Below are positions 28,565 through 36,152 of a stretch of 64,000 bases of DNA, piece by piece. Origin of the DNA: Patescibacteria group bacterium (GTDB taxonomy: Bacteria > Patescibacteriota > Patescibacteriia > 2-12-FULL-60-25). The notes under the pieces were generated by a model. That model saw only the letters and a list, made by a program, of their open reading frames with translations. It was not told the DNA's origin and did not search any database. The stretch spans positions 38,658 through 102,657 of the forward strand of contig JAQURS010000002.1 in the NCBI GenBank assembly GCA_028715505.1, written 5' to 3'. How positions within the stretch are numbered: the first letter of the stretch is position 1; every line of letters begins with the position of its first letter. The translations under genes and the position numbers were made by a program.

Positions 28565-29374
28565 ATGTCAGATGAAAGAGCGAGGAAATTCCAATGGATT
28601 TCGTTGGCATACCTAATCCTGTTTATGTTGGCGGTCTTCTCGCCGTCGTTCGTGAACAAGAGCTATTTGGGCATAAGCGAATCCAACGTCGAAGAGTTGT
28701 TGATTTTCATTTTCGGTCTTTCGGGCCTGGCGATCTTCATGTTTTACGAAAGGCTCATGGAAAAGAAGGAAAAGGAAAATCAGGAGATGATCGATGCCTG
28801 CGACCACGCCAAAAAAGAATTGGTTTCTTCTTACCAGTACATTGGCTCGGTGAACAGGCAATTGGAAGTTTTGAAGAAACTGGTGAACGACACCAGCGTC
28901 TCGATGTACGACCAGGCCAAATTGAGCAAAGACTTGTTAAAATCCCTCGTGACTGCCGCTTCGGTGAGTTTTGGCGGAGCGCCGGCCCTGTTGCGGTTCG
29001 TGTATCTGGAAAAACTCAGGACTGACCGAGAGTTCGTGCATCCGAACGGCAATCCCAATAAATCGCTGCCCTTCAACGTCTCTAACAAGGATCTTAAAGC
29101 TGCCCATGACCAAGGTTCGATTACGAAAATATCCCAAGAGAATAAACAGTTGATCCTGGTGCCTTCGGACAGCCGGAACGCGAACATGAAGGCGTTTTTG
29201 GTCATCCAAGAATTGCCAGGCTCGGAGTATGACGTTAGCGTGTTGAAAGTTTTCGTCAACCAGGCGGAGCTTGTTTACCGCGCCCTGCGTAAAGACGTTG
29301 ATTTCTCGTCCGACGTAGCGCCTCTTGAACAGGTTGAGGTCGTGACCAGGAACGTTAAAGGTGAGATTGAATAA
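28565..29374 (+). CDS. Membrane-anchored hypothetical protein
   Basis: Two N-terminal TM helices, a coiled-coil stretch and an uncharacterised C-terminal domain. TAGCCTAAG lies 7 nt upstream. Confidence 0.55.
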   Translation: MSDERARKFQWISLAYLILFMLAVFSPSFVNKSYLGISESNVEELLIFIFGLSGLAIFMFYERLMEKKEKENQEMIDACDHAKKELVSSYQYIGSVNRQLEVLKKLVNDTSVSMYDQAKLSKDLLKSLVTAASVSFGGAPALLRFVYLEKLRTDREFVHPNGNPNKSLPFNVSNKDLKAAHDQGSITKISQENKQLILVPSDSRNANMKAFLVIQELPGSEYDVSVLKVFVNQAELVYRALRKDVDFSSDVAPLEQVEVVTRNVKGEIE

Positions 29375-29393
29375 ATGGTTCAAATTCAACCGT

Positions 29394-29418
29394 AAAGCGT
29401 TGCCAAGCGCTTTATTTT
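29394..29418 (+). terminator. Rho-independent terminator
   Basis: AAAGCG/CGCTTT stem with an 8-nt loop, then TTTATTTT. It overlaps the alaS promoter -35. Confidence 0.5.
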
Positions 29419-29428
29419 GCGTTAACCT
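29400..29428 (+). promoter_or_regulatory. Promoter TTGCCA-17-TAACCT for alaS
   Basis: The -10 ends at 29428. ATG 29438 lies 9 nt after it. ATG 29429 would fall upstream of the predicted TSS. Confidence 0.5.
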
Positions 29429-29437
29429 ATGCGCACT

Positions 29438-31378
29438 ATGAAGCAGTTGACCACCGCCGAAGTCAGGCAGACTTTTCTGGAGTTTTTCAAGCAAAAAGGC
29501 CATGCTATTTTGCCCTCGGCGTCTCTTATCCCCGAAAATGACCCGACCGTGCTTTTCACGACGGCCGGCATGCACCCGCTCGTGCCGTATTTTTTGGGTG
29601 AACGGCATCCCATGGGCAAGCGATTAGCGAGCGTGCAGAAATGTTTGCGTACGGTTGATATCGACAACGTGGGGGATAATAGGCACGGCACTTTTTTTGA
29701 GATGCTTGGCAATTGGTCATTGGGTGATTATTTTAAAGAAGAAACTATCCAATGGTCTTACGAACTTCTTGTCGGTAAAGAATGGTTTGATATTGATCCC
29801 GAACGTTTGTTTGTGACCGTTTTTAAAGGTGATGATGACGCGCCGCGCGACGATGAGTCTATCAATATCTGGCAAGCGCAGTTCGCGGTGCACGGTATCG
29901 CCGCCGAGGTGGGCGAGGCTAACGAAGATGAGCCCGCTATAACTTCTCAGGGACCGCGCATCTATCCTTATGGTAAAGATAATAATTGGTGGGGACCAGC
30001 GGGACAGACCGGTCCTTGCGGGCCTGATACCGAAATTTATTACGATACCCGCCGACCGCACGATTCAAAGTACGGGCCGATTTGCCATCCGGCTTGCGAT
30101 TGCGGACGCTTCATCGAGATTTGGAACAATGTCTTCATGCAATACAACAAGCGCGACGACGGTAAATTCGAACCGTTGGCCCAGCGCAACGTGGATACGG
30201 GCATGGGACTTGAGCGCATGGCCGCCATGCTCCAAGGCGTGCCGACTATTTTTGACACTGACCTTAATCAAAAGCTGATCAAAGTCTTGAAAGACGTTTA
30301 TAACGTCGCATACGGAAAAGACGAGGATCAAGATCGGTCAATCAGAATCATCATCGACCATATCCGCGCCGCGACTTTCATCATCGGCGACCCGCGTGGT
30401 GTTACGCCTTCAAACGTCGGCCAAGGTTACATCGTCCGCCGTTTAATCCGTCGTGCCGTGCGCGAAGCCAAGCGCCTCGGCATCACCACCTTGATGTCAC
30501 CTACGGTAGCTGAAGCAGTTATTGAGGAATACCAGAAGACCTATCCAGAGCTTGAAAAGAACGCCGAGAAGATTCTAGGCGAGTTGAAGAAGGAAGAAGA
30601 GAAGTTCGCGATAACTATTGAGCAAGGTTTGAAGAAAATAAAAGAGTTAGTTGATGAAAAACGAAAGCATCAATCAGCAATCCGTTTGAGTGAACGAGGA
30701 CAAATAAGTGGATCGGCTGTTGGTTTGAACGTTATTTCTGGCAAGGAGGCTTTTGATTTATACCAAACTTACGGTTTACCTCCCGAAGTGATTGATGAAG
30801 AGTTAGCTGCTTATGGTGACACGTTTGATAAAGATGAATTTGAGCAAGAACTTAAGAAGCATCAAGAACTCTCGCGAACCGCATCAGCCGGGGCATTTAA
30901 AGGCGGCTTGGCTGATCACTCCGAAGAAACGACCAAGCTTCATACGGCGACGCACTTGCTTCATCAGGCTTTGCGCGAGGTCTTGGGAGATCACGTGGCT
31001 CAAAAGGGGAGCAACATCACGGCCGAAAGGTTAAGATTTGATTTCGTCCATCCGGAAAAAATGACGCCCGAACAAATCCAAAGCGTCGAAAAGATCGTGA
31101 ACGACGTCATTGCCCGCGATTTGCCGGTTGATTGCCAAGAGATGACGGTCCAAGAAGCCAAGGCCGACGGAGCAATTGGTTTGTTCGAGGACAAATACGG
31201 CGCCAAGGTCAAAGTCTACACGGTTCACGATACCCAAAGCCCCAAAGGTTTCTATTCCAAAGAGATCTGCGGAGGCCCCCACGTGACCCATACCGGGGAG
31301 TTGAGGAGCTTCAAGATTATGAAAGAAGAGGCGGTCAGTTCGGGCGTCCGGAGGATAAAAGCCGTAGTCGCTGGCTAA
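29438..31378 (+). CDS. alaS: Alanine--tRNA ligase, short form (catalytic and editing domains, no C-Ala domain)
   Basis: MKQLTTAEVRQTFLEFFKQKGH aligns with the canonical AlaRS N-terminus. Editing-domain motifs HTATHLLHQALR and CGGPHV are present. The ORF stops about 25 aa after CGGPHV. Confidence 0.9.
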   Translation: MKQLTTAEVRQTFLEFFKQKGHAILPSASLIPENDPTVLFTTAGMHPLVPYFLGERHPMGKRLASVQKCLRTVDIDNVGDNRHGTFFEMLGNWSLGDYFKEETIQWSYELLVGKEWFDIDPERLFVTVFKGDDDAPRDDESINIWQAQFAVHGIAAEVGEANEDEPAITSQGPRIYPYGKDNNWWGPAGQTGPCGPDTEIYYDTRRPHDSKYGPICHPACDCGRFIEIWNNVFMQYNKRDDGKFEPLAQRNVDTGMGLERMAAMLQGVPTIFDTDLNQKLIKVLKDVYNVAYGKDEDQDRSIRIIIDHIRAATFIIGDPRGVTPSNVGQGYIVRRLIRRAVREAKRLGITTLMSPTVAEAVIEEYQKTYPELEKNAEKILGELKKEEEKFAITIEQGLKKIKELVDEKRKHQSAIRLSERGQISGSAVGLNVISGKEAFDLYQTYGLPPEVIDEELAAYGDTFDKDEFEQELKKHQELSRTASAGAFKGGLADHSEETTKLHTATHLLHQALREVLGDHVAQKGSNITAERLRFDFVHPEKMTPEQIQSVEKIVNDVIARDLPVDCQEMTVQEAKADGAIGLFEDKYGAKVKVYTVHDTQSPKGFYSKEICGGPHVTHTGELRSFKIMKEEAVSSGVRRIKAVVAG

Positions 31379-31381
31379 AAG

Positions 31382-31411
31382 TTGCCAAAAAAGCCCAAAC
31401 TGACGTATAAT
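31382..31411 (+). promoter_or_regulatory. Promoter TTGCCA-18-TATAAT upstream of infA
   Basis: Consensus -10 at 31406-31411. infA ATG at 31452. Confidence 0.55.
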
Positions 31412-31451
31412 TAGCTAATTATTTCTGTGGATAAGCCAATGACCGTGATTT

Positions 31452-31685
31452 ATGTCAAATAAGCAACAACCTGCCAACCGGGATTTTTTGGTTGTCAAAG
31501 GCGTAGTGGAGGAAAATCTGCCCAGTGCCACCTTTAAGGTCAGGTTGGAGAATGGACACACGATTTTGTGCCATTTATCGGGAAAATTGCGCATGAACCA
31601 CATCCGTCTGACCCCGGGTGACGAGGTCCAAGTCGAGATCACTCCCTATGATTTGACAAAGGGCAGAATAACCTTTAGATTATAG
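31452..31685 (+). CDS. infA: Translation initiation factor IF-1
   Basis: S1-like fold sequence [49 protein letters not shown]. Confidence 0.95.
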   Translation: MSNKQQPANRDFLVVKGVVEENLPSATFKVRLENGHTILCHLSGKLRMNHIRLTPGDEVQVEITPYDLTKGRITFRL

Positions 31686-31788
31686 CCCACTTGCGAGGTT
31701 CGCCGATCCATGCTTTTGGATCTAACCGGCAAGGATCAACCTTTAATTAATTCGCTAATTTAGCCGCTAAAAGCGGGTTCCTCGAGAC

Positions 31789-31905
31789 ATGAAAGTCAGA
31801 GCCTCCGTAAAAGCAATCTGTCGCGACTGCAAGTTAATCCGGCGCAAAGGCCGGGTGTTTGTGATTTGCAAGAAGAGCCCGAAGCATAAGCAGCGCCAAG
31901 GCTAA
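31789..31905 (+). CDS. rpmJ: 50S ribosomal protein L36
   Basis: Not in the ORF track (38 aa). Hand translation gives [38 protein letters not shown]. Confidence 0.92.
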   Translation: MKVRASVKAICRDCKLIRRKGRVFVICKKSPKHKQRQG

Positions 31906-31910
31906 ACACT

Positions 31911-32297
31911 ATGGCACGTATCGCCGGTATCGTCCTCCCACCCAACAAGCGTCTGGTCATCGCCCTGACGTACATTTATGGCATTGGCCAAAGCACCGCT
32001 GCCGAAATCATCGAGAACACCAAGCTCAGCCCTGACCTCAAAGCCAAGGACTTGACTGAAGACCAGGAAAAGAAGCTCCGCGACGAAGTCGAAAAGAAAT
32101 ACCGCGTCGAAGGTGAACTTCGCCGTGAGAAATTGGGTAATATCAAACGCCTGAAGGAAATCGGTTCATTCCGCGGCACCAGGCACGTCAAAGGTTTGCC
32201 GGCCCGCGGCCAGCGCACCCGCACCAACAGCCGTACCGTGCGCGGCAACGTCCGCCGCACGATGGGTTCCGGCAAGCGTAAGCTCGAAAAGACCTAA
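31911..32297 (+). CDS. rpsM: 30S ribosomal protein S13
   Basis: [10 protein letters not shown]...YIYGIG...[19 protein letters not shown]. Confidence 0.95.
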   Translation: MARIAGIVLPPNKRLVIALTYIYGIGQSTAAEIIENTKLSPDLKAKDLTEDQEKKLRDEVEKKYRVEGELRREKLGNIKRLKEIGSFRGTRHVKGLPARGQRTRTNSRTVRGNVRRTMGSGKRKLEKT

Positions 32298-32320
32298 GCC
32301 AAAGAATGCTTAATTGAATT

Positions 32321-32767
32321 ATGAGTGAAGAAAACGTGAAAACGACCGAGCAGACCGCGGCTCCGGAAGAAAAGAAGAAGTCGGCCAAGCCCCGCAAGAA
32401 GGGCGCCAAGGCCGCCAAACAGCTGGGGCACGCCAACGTCTACATCCAGGCTACTTACAACAACACGATCGTCAGCGTGGCTGATTTGAACGGCAACGTG
32501 GTGGCTTGGTCGACGGCTGGACATTGCGGCTTCAAAGGCCCGAAGAAGGCCACGCCGTACGCCGCTTCGGTGGTCGTTAAGAACGTTTTGGAAAAAGTTA
32601 ACGATTACGGGGTAAAGGACGTCAGCTTGTTCGTGACCGGTATCGGTCAGGGACGCGAAGGCGCCATCCGGGCTTTTAACACCAATAATTTGAACGTCAT
32701 TTCAATCAAGGACGTGACTCCCATGCCGCACAACGGTTGCCGCAAGCCACGCGCCAGAAGGTTGTAA
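32321..32767 (+). CDS. rpsK: 30S ribosomal protein S11 (with Lys/Glu-rich N-terminal extension)
   Basis: GHANVYIQATYNNTIVSVADLNGN...GFKGPKKATPYAA...PHNGCRKPRARR. Confidence 0.95.
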   Translation: MSEENVKTTEQTAAPEEKKKSAKPRKKGAKAAKQLGHANVYIQATYNNTIVSVADLNGNVVAWSTAGHCGFKGPKKATPYAASVVVKNVLEKVNDYGVKDVSLFVTGIGQGREGAIRAFNTNNLNVISIKDVTPMPHNGCRKPRARRL

Positions 32768-32785
32768 TCAATCGCAATATCGCTT

Positions 32786-33415
32786 ATGGCATCAACGCAA
32801 ACTTCAGTCTGTAAACTCTGCCGCCGGGAAGGCACCAAGCTCTTCCTGAAAGGCGCCCGCTGCGCCACTTCCAAATGCGCGGTGGCCCGCCGGCCTTTCC
32901 CGCCGGGCGTGCACGGCCCCGAACGCGGCTCGAGGATGACGGACTACGGCAAGCAGCTCCGCGAAAAGCAGAAGGCTAAACGCCTTTACGGGCTTTCGGA
33001 AACCCAGTTTTCCAACTATTTTAAAGCTTCGGTCAAAATGAAAGGCGATTCCGGAGTCAATTTGGTGCGCTCGCTCGAATCTCGTTTGGATAACGCGATT
33101 TACCGCGCGGGTTTCGCCAAGAGCCGCGCGGCCGCCCGCCAGATCGTTTCGCATTCCCAAGTTCAAGTAAACAATCATAAGGTCAACATCCCTTCGTTCC
33201 GCGTCAAACAGGGCGACGTGATCACCGTCCAGGAACGCAAGAAGAGCAAGTCGACCTGGAAGAACCTTTCGGAGGAGATTAAGAGTTACGTGGCCCCTTC
33301 TTGGTTGACGGTTGATGCCGCCAATTTAACCTTCAAGGTTACCGGTGAGCCGATGGGCGAAGAACTGAAACAAATCTTTGAACCAAAACTCATCATTGAA
33401 TATTATTCGCGCTAA
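32786..33415 (+). CDS. rpsD: 30S ribosomal protein S4 (Cys4 zinc-finger type)
   Basis: CKLCRREGTKLFLKGARCATSKC N-terminus and an S4 RNA-binding domain. Confidence 0.95.
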   Translation: MASTQTSVCKLCRREGTKLFLKGARCATSKCAVARRPFPPGVHGPERGSRMTDYGKQLREKQKAKRLYGLSETQFSNYFKASVKMKGDSGVNLVRSLESRLDNAIYRAGFAKSRAAARQIVSHSQVQVNNHKVNIPSFRVKQGDVITVQERKKSKSTWKNLSEEIKSYVAPSWLTVDAANLTFKVTGEPMGEELKQIFEPKLIIEYYSR

Positions 33416-33429
33416 AGCGCTTGAACCTT

Positions 33430-34128
33430 ATGGAATCCCTTCTTCTACCCACAAAGATCCAATTTAAGAAAGGCGAGCGCCCCAATGAGGGCGTCTTGAC
33501 CGTCGAGCCCTGCACGCCGGGGTACGGCACCACTTTGGGAAACGCGCTTCGTCGCGTGTTGCTTTCGTCATTGCCCGGCGCGGCCGTGACGGCGGTGAAG
33601 ATCAGGGGAGTGGACCATGAGTTTTCGACCATCCCGCACGTCAAGGAAGACGTGCTTGAGATAATCATGAACCTCAAGGCTTTGCGCATGAAGCTATTCT
33701 CGGAAGAGCCGGTCAAGCTGAGCCTGAGCGTTAAGGGCGAACAAGCAGTAACGGCCGCCGATTTCAGCAAGAATGCCGATGTCGAGGTCGTTAATCCGGA
33801 TTTGGTGATCGCCACCCTGACGGACAAGCAAGCCTCAATGGAGATGGAAGTTACCATCGGACCGGGCCGCGGCTACCGCTCGACCGAAGACCGCCAAAAG
33901 GAAAAGTTGGATTTGGGCGTGATCGGCATCGACGCGCTTTACAGCCCGGTACTGAACGTTTCATACCAAGTGGAAGCCACCCGCGTGGGCGAGAAGACGG
34001 ATTACGACAAACTCGTCCTGCGGATCGAGACTGACGGCGCTTTGGATCCTTTGGACGCGTGCAATCACGCCGTTAACCTGCTTTTGGACCACTTCAATCT
34101 TATCAAGGAGTTGAAGTACGAAGAATAA
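33430..34128 (+). CDS. rpoA: DNA-directed RNA polymerase alpha subunit, N-terminal domain only
   Basis: GYGTTLGNALRRVLLSSLPGAAVTAVKIRGVDHEFSTIPHVKEDVLEIIMNLK and the rest of the alpha-NTD. The ORF stops at aa 232 and rplQ starts 4 nt later. Confidence 0.9.
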   Translation: MESLLLPTKIQFKKGERPNEGVLTVEPCTPGYGTTLGNALRRVLLSSLPGAAVTAVKIRGVDHEFSTIPHVKEDVLEIIMNLKALRMKLFSEEPVKLSLSVKGEQAVTAADFSKNADVEVVNPDLVIATLTDKQASMEMEVTIGPGRGYRSTEDRQKEKLDLGVIGIDALYSPVLNVSYQVEATRVGEKTDYDKLVLRIETDGALDPLDACNHAVNLLLDHFNLIKELKYEE

Positions 34129-34131
34129 ATT

Positions 34132-34488
34132 ATGAGACATCGACGCAAAGGAAAAACCCTAGACCGCAAAAACGGGCCGCGCAAAGCTTTGCTGCGGAAT
34201 TTAGCGACCTCGATTATCCTCTACGAGCACGCTAATACGACTTTGGCCAAAGCCAAGGCCATCAAGCCGATCTTGGAGAAATTGGTGACGGCCGGCAAAC
34301 AGAAGTCATTGGTTTCGCGCCGCAAGTTGGCCGCTTATTTGACGATCGAATCGGCCGTCAACAAGGTTTTGGAGGAAATCGGTCCGCGTTACGCCAACCG
34401 TAAGGGCGGTTATCTGCGCATCATTAAACTGGGGGCGCGCCAGGGTGACGGAGCCGAGATGGCCCAGATCCAATTTGTGAACGACTAA
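34132..34488 (+). CDS. rplQ: 50S ribosomal protein L17
   Basis: MRHRRKGKTLDRKNGPRKALLRNLATSII... and position after rpoA. Confidence 0.93.
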   Translation: MRHRRKGKTLDRKNGPRKALLRNLATSIILYEHANTTLAKAKAIKPILEKLVTAGKQKSLVSRRKLAAYLTIESAVNKVLEEIGPRYANRKGGYLRIIKLGARQGDGAEMAQIQFVND

Positions 34489-34489
34489 T

Positions 34490-34873
34490 ATGCCATGGAA
34501 GAAAAGACCGGGATTTGCGCCGGTAAACCGCAAGACTATCGAAATCGACGCCGGAACGCTGCCGGTCGGACGTTTGGCTACGCGCATTGCCATGATCCTC
34601 ATGGGCAAGCACAAGGCCGATTACGAACCGCATAAGGACACGGGCGACAAGGTTTTGGTAACCAATATCGGCAACGTGTATTACACGGGCCGCAAGATGG
34701 AGCAAAAGAAATTCTACCGCACGTCCAACCGTCCGGGCGGACTTAAGGCCAAGCCGGTCAAGGAATTAAAGGAAGAAGCGCCGGAGCAGATCCTTATCCA
34801 CGCCGTTAAATACATGCTGCCTAAGAACAAGCTGCAGGCCTTGCGCATGAAGCGCCTAACTTTCAAGAAATAA
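34490..34873 (+). CDS. rplM: 50S ribosomal protein L13
   Basis: GRLATRIAMILMGKHKADYEPHKDTGDKVLVTN...MLPKNKL. Confidence 0.9.
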   Translation: MPWKKRPGFAPVNRKTIEIDAGTLPVGRLATRIAMILMGKHKADYEPHKDTGDKVLVTNIGNVYYTGRKMEQKKFYRTSNRPGGLKAKPVKELKEEAPEQILIHAVKYMLPKNKLQALRMKRLTFKK

Positions 34874-34876
34874 GCT

Positions 34877-35440
34877 ATGCCAGAAGCCAAGAAGAAAACC
34901 ACCGCCAAAGCCAAAGACAAGGCCCCGGCCAAAGAGAAGGTCGTCAAAGCCAAGAAGCCGGCCAAGGCTCCGGAAGCCACCGAACCGGCCGAAACCACGA
35001 CCGTGGCCATGGAACGCGACCAGGAAACGGCCGCCAAGTTGGCCAAGGGCGGATCATTCATCCCGGCTATTGGCCGTCGCAAGACTTCGATTGCCCGCGT
35101 GCGCTTGATCAAGAACGGCAAAGGCGCCGTGGCCGTCAATGGCAAGGCTTTCGACGGATATTTCAAGACTTTCGATCTCCGTACCCAGGTTATGGCTCCG
35201 CTTAAGGCCGTTGGGCAGGACACTTCGGTTGACGTGAGCGCCAAGGTGGCCGGCGGAGGCATCCGCGGCCAAGCCGAAGCCGTGCGACACGGCATTGCCC
35301 GCGCCCTGATCGTTTTGAATCCGACTTTCCGCAAAACTTTGAAGAAGCTGGGTTACCTCTCACGCGATCCGCGCGAAAAGGAACGCAAGAAGTTCGGCCT
35401 GAAGGGCGCCCGCCGAAGTCCTCAGTGGTCAAAGCGTTAA
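34877..35440 (+). CDS. rpsI: 30S ribosomal protein S9 (with an Ala/Lys/Pro/Glu-rich N-terminal extension of about 55 aa)
   Basis: GRRKTSIARVRL...GGGIRGQAEAVRHGIARAL...DPREKERKKFGLKGARRSPQWSKR. Confidence 0.93.
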   Translation: MPEAKKKTTAKAKDKAPAKEKVVKAKKPAKAPEATEPAETTTVAMERDQETAAKLAKGGSFIPAIGRRKTSIARVRLIKNGKGAVAVNGKAFDGYFKTFDLRTQVMAPLKAVGQDTSVDVSAKVAGGGIRGQAEAVRHGIARALIVLNPTFRKTLKKLGYLSRDPREKERKKFGLKGARRSPQWSKR

Positions 35441-35450
35441 AATACCAATC

Positions 35451-35479
35451 AAAGAGACTCGCAAGAGTCTCTTTTGTTT
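35451..35479 (+). terminator. Rho-independent terminator closing the ribosomal operon
   Basis: Perfect 10-bp stem AAAGAGACTC/GAGTCTCTTT with a GCAA tetraloop, then TGTTT. Confidence 0.75.
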
Positions 35480-35568
35480 AAGAGACAACTCTTTGACAGG
35501 GCAAAGGATATATGTTTATCTTCCGGTGCTTGTCAGGAAGGGGAATCGTAAATGTAAGGAGGAGAGCC

Positions 35569-36051
35569 ATGAGCCTCGTGACAGACGTGCCTGATAAAGT
35601 TGAGTTGTGTTTCAGTGTTCCGGTGGAATACATGAAACCGAATAGAAAGGAACTCAAATCCAGATACGATGTCATCGAATCCGATTACGACGTGGATAAG
35701 TATAAGCCGATCCACGGTTTGGAGCGCGTGGGAGGCCGTAACCGCGTGAGGAATTTCGGCCTTTACCGGTGCTTTCGAACCTTTGCCCATTATCCGATCC
35801 TGGAGATCATATATGACAAAGGATTGAGGCCCGGGTTGTACGAGGAGTTGCTCAGCTTCGACTATAAGTTCCCGGAAGAGAAGCGGCGGCTTCCCATAGG
35901 GGCGCAAGGCTCCGTCGTGGATTGTGTCTACGGAGTGCCTTGTTCACCGACAGTTTTTTTCTCAACAGAAGGTGAGCGGGTGTTGAGTGGCGAGTGGGTC
36001 GAGCGTGGGTGGCACCCCAATTACTACCAGCTCCTGGTCACTGCCAGGTGA
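35569..36051 (+). CDS. Hypothetical protein (monocistronic, bracketed by terminators)
   Basis: ATG at 35569 lies 6 nt after AAGGAGG (35556-35562). 160 aa, no family recognised. Confidence 0.55.
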   Translation: MSLVTDVPDKVELCFSVPVEYMKPNRKELKSRYDVIESDYDVDKYKPIHGLERVGGRNRVRNFGLYRCFRTFAHYPILEIIYDKGLRPGLYEELLSFDYKFPEEKRRLPIGAQGSVVDCVYGVPCSPTVFFSTEGERVLSGEWVERGWHPNYYQLLVTAR

Positions 36052-36055
36052 CTTC

Positions 36056-36088
36056 ATGCCTTCGGATTGTCCGTCGGCATTTTTTTTA
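36056..36088 (+). terminator. Rho-independent terminator
   Basis: ATGCC...GGCAT hairpin (36056-36080, with an internal loop) followed by T8. Confidence 0.7.
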
Positions 36089-36117
36089 TGGCTTGGTGGC
36101 CGTCTGCCCGTGCGGTC

Positions 36118-36146
36118 TCGACTTTAAGCCGGTAAAAGGGTAACCT
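36118..36146 (+). promoter_or_regulatory. Candidate promoter TCGACT-17-TAACCT for the glycan cluster
   Basis: The -10 ends at 36146 and the ATG is at 36153 (6 nt after, no SD). It shares TAACCTAT with the alaS promoter. Confidence 0.4.
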
Positions 36147-36152
36147 ATTGCC

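Noticed and set aside
29429-29437. ATG 29429 as the alaS start
   Set aside because: It lies 1 nt after the predicted -10 (TAACCT, 29423-29428), upstream of the likely TSS. ATG 29438 gives MKQLTTAEVRQTF..., which matches canonical AlaRS N-termini.
28937-29608. 223-aa minus-strand ORF spanning the 28565 gene / alaS junction
   Set aside because: It crosses a terminator and promoter and overlaps the conserved alaS N-terminus on the opposite strand.
31686-31788. Small hairpins (GATCCA-N5-TGGATC at about 31706-31722, and CCGCT-AAA-AGCGG) between infA and rpmJ as a ribosomal-protein leader
   Set aside because: The stems are short (5-6 bp) and I cannot match them to a known r-protein leader. Plausible, but unsupported without covariation data.
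34714-35334. 206-aa ORF antisense to rplM/rpsI
   Set aside because: It spans a gene junction of two conserved ribosomal protein genes. It is a low-complexity Ala/Ser/Arg-rich mirror of the AKP-rich S9 extension.
35493-35521. TTGACA hexamer after the ribosomal-operon terminator as a promoter for the 35569 gene
   Set aside because: The -35 is a perfect match, but no acceptable -10 lies at a 16-19 bp spacing (the best is TTATCT). Left unannotated.
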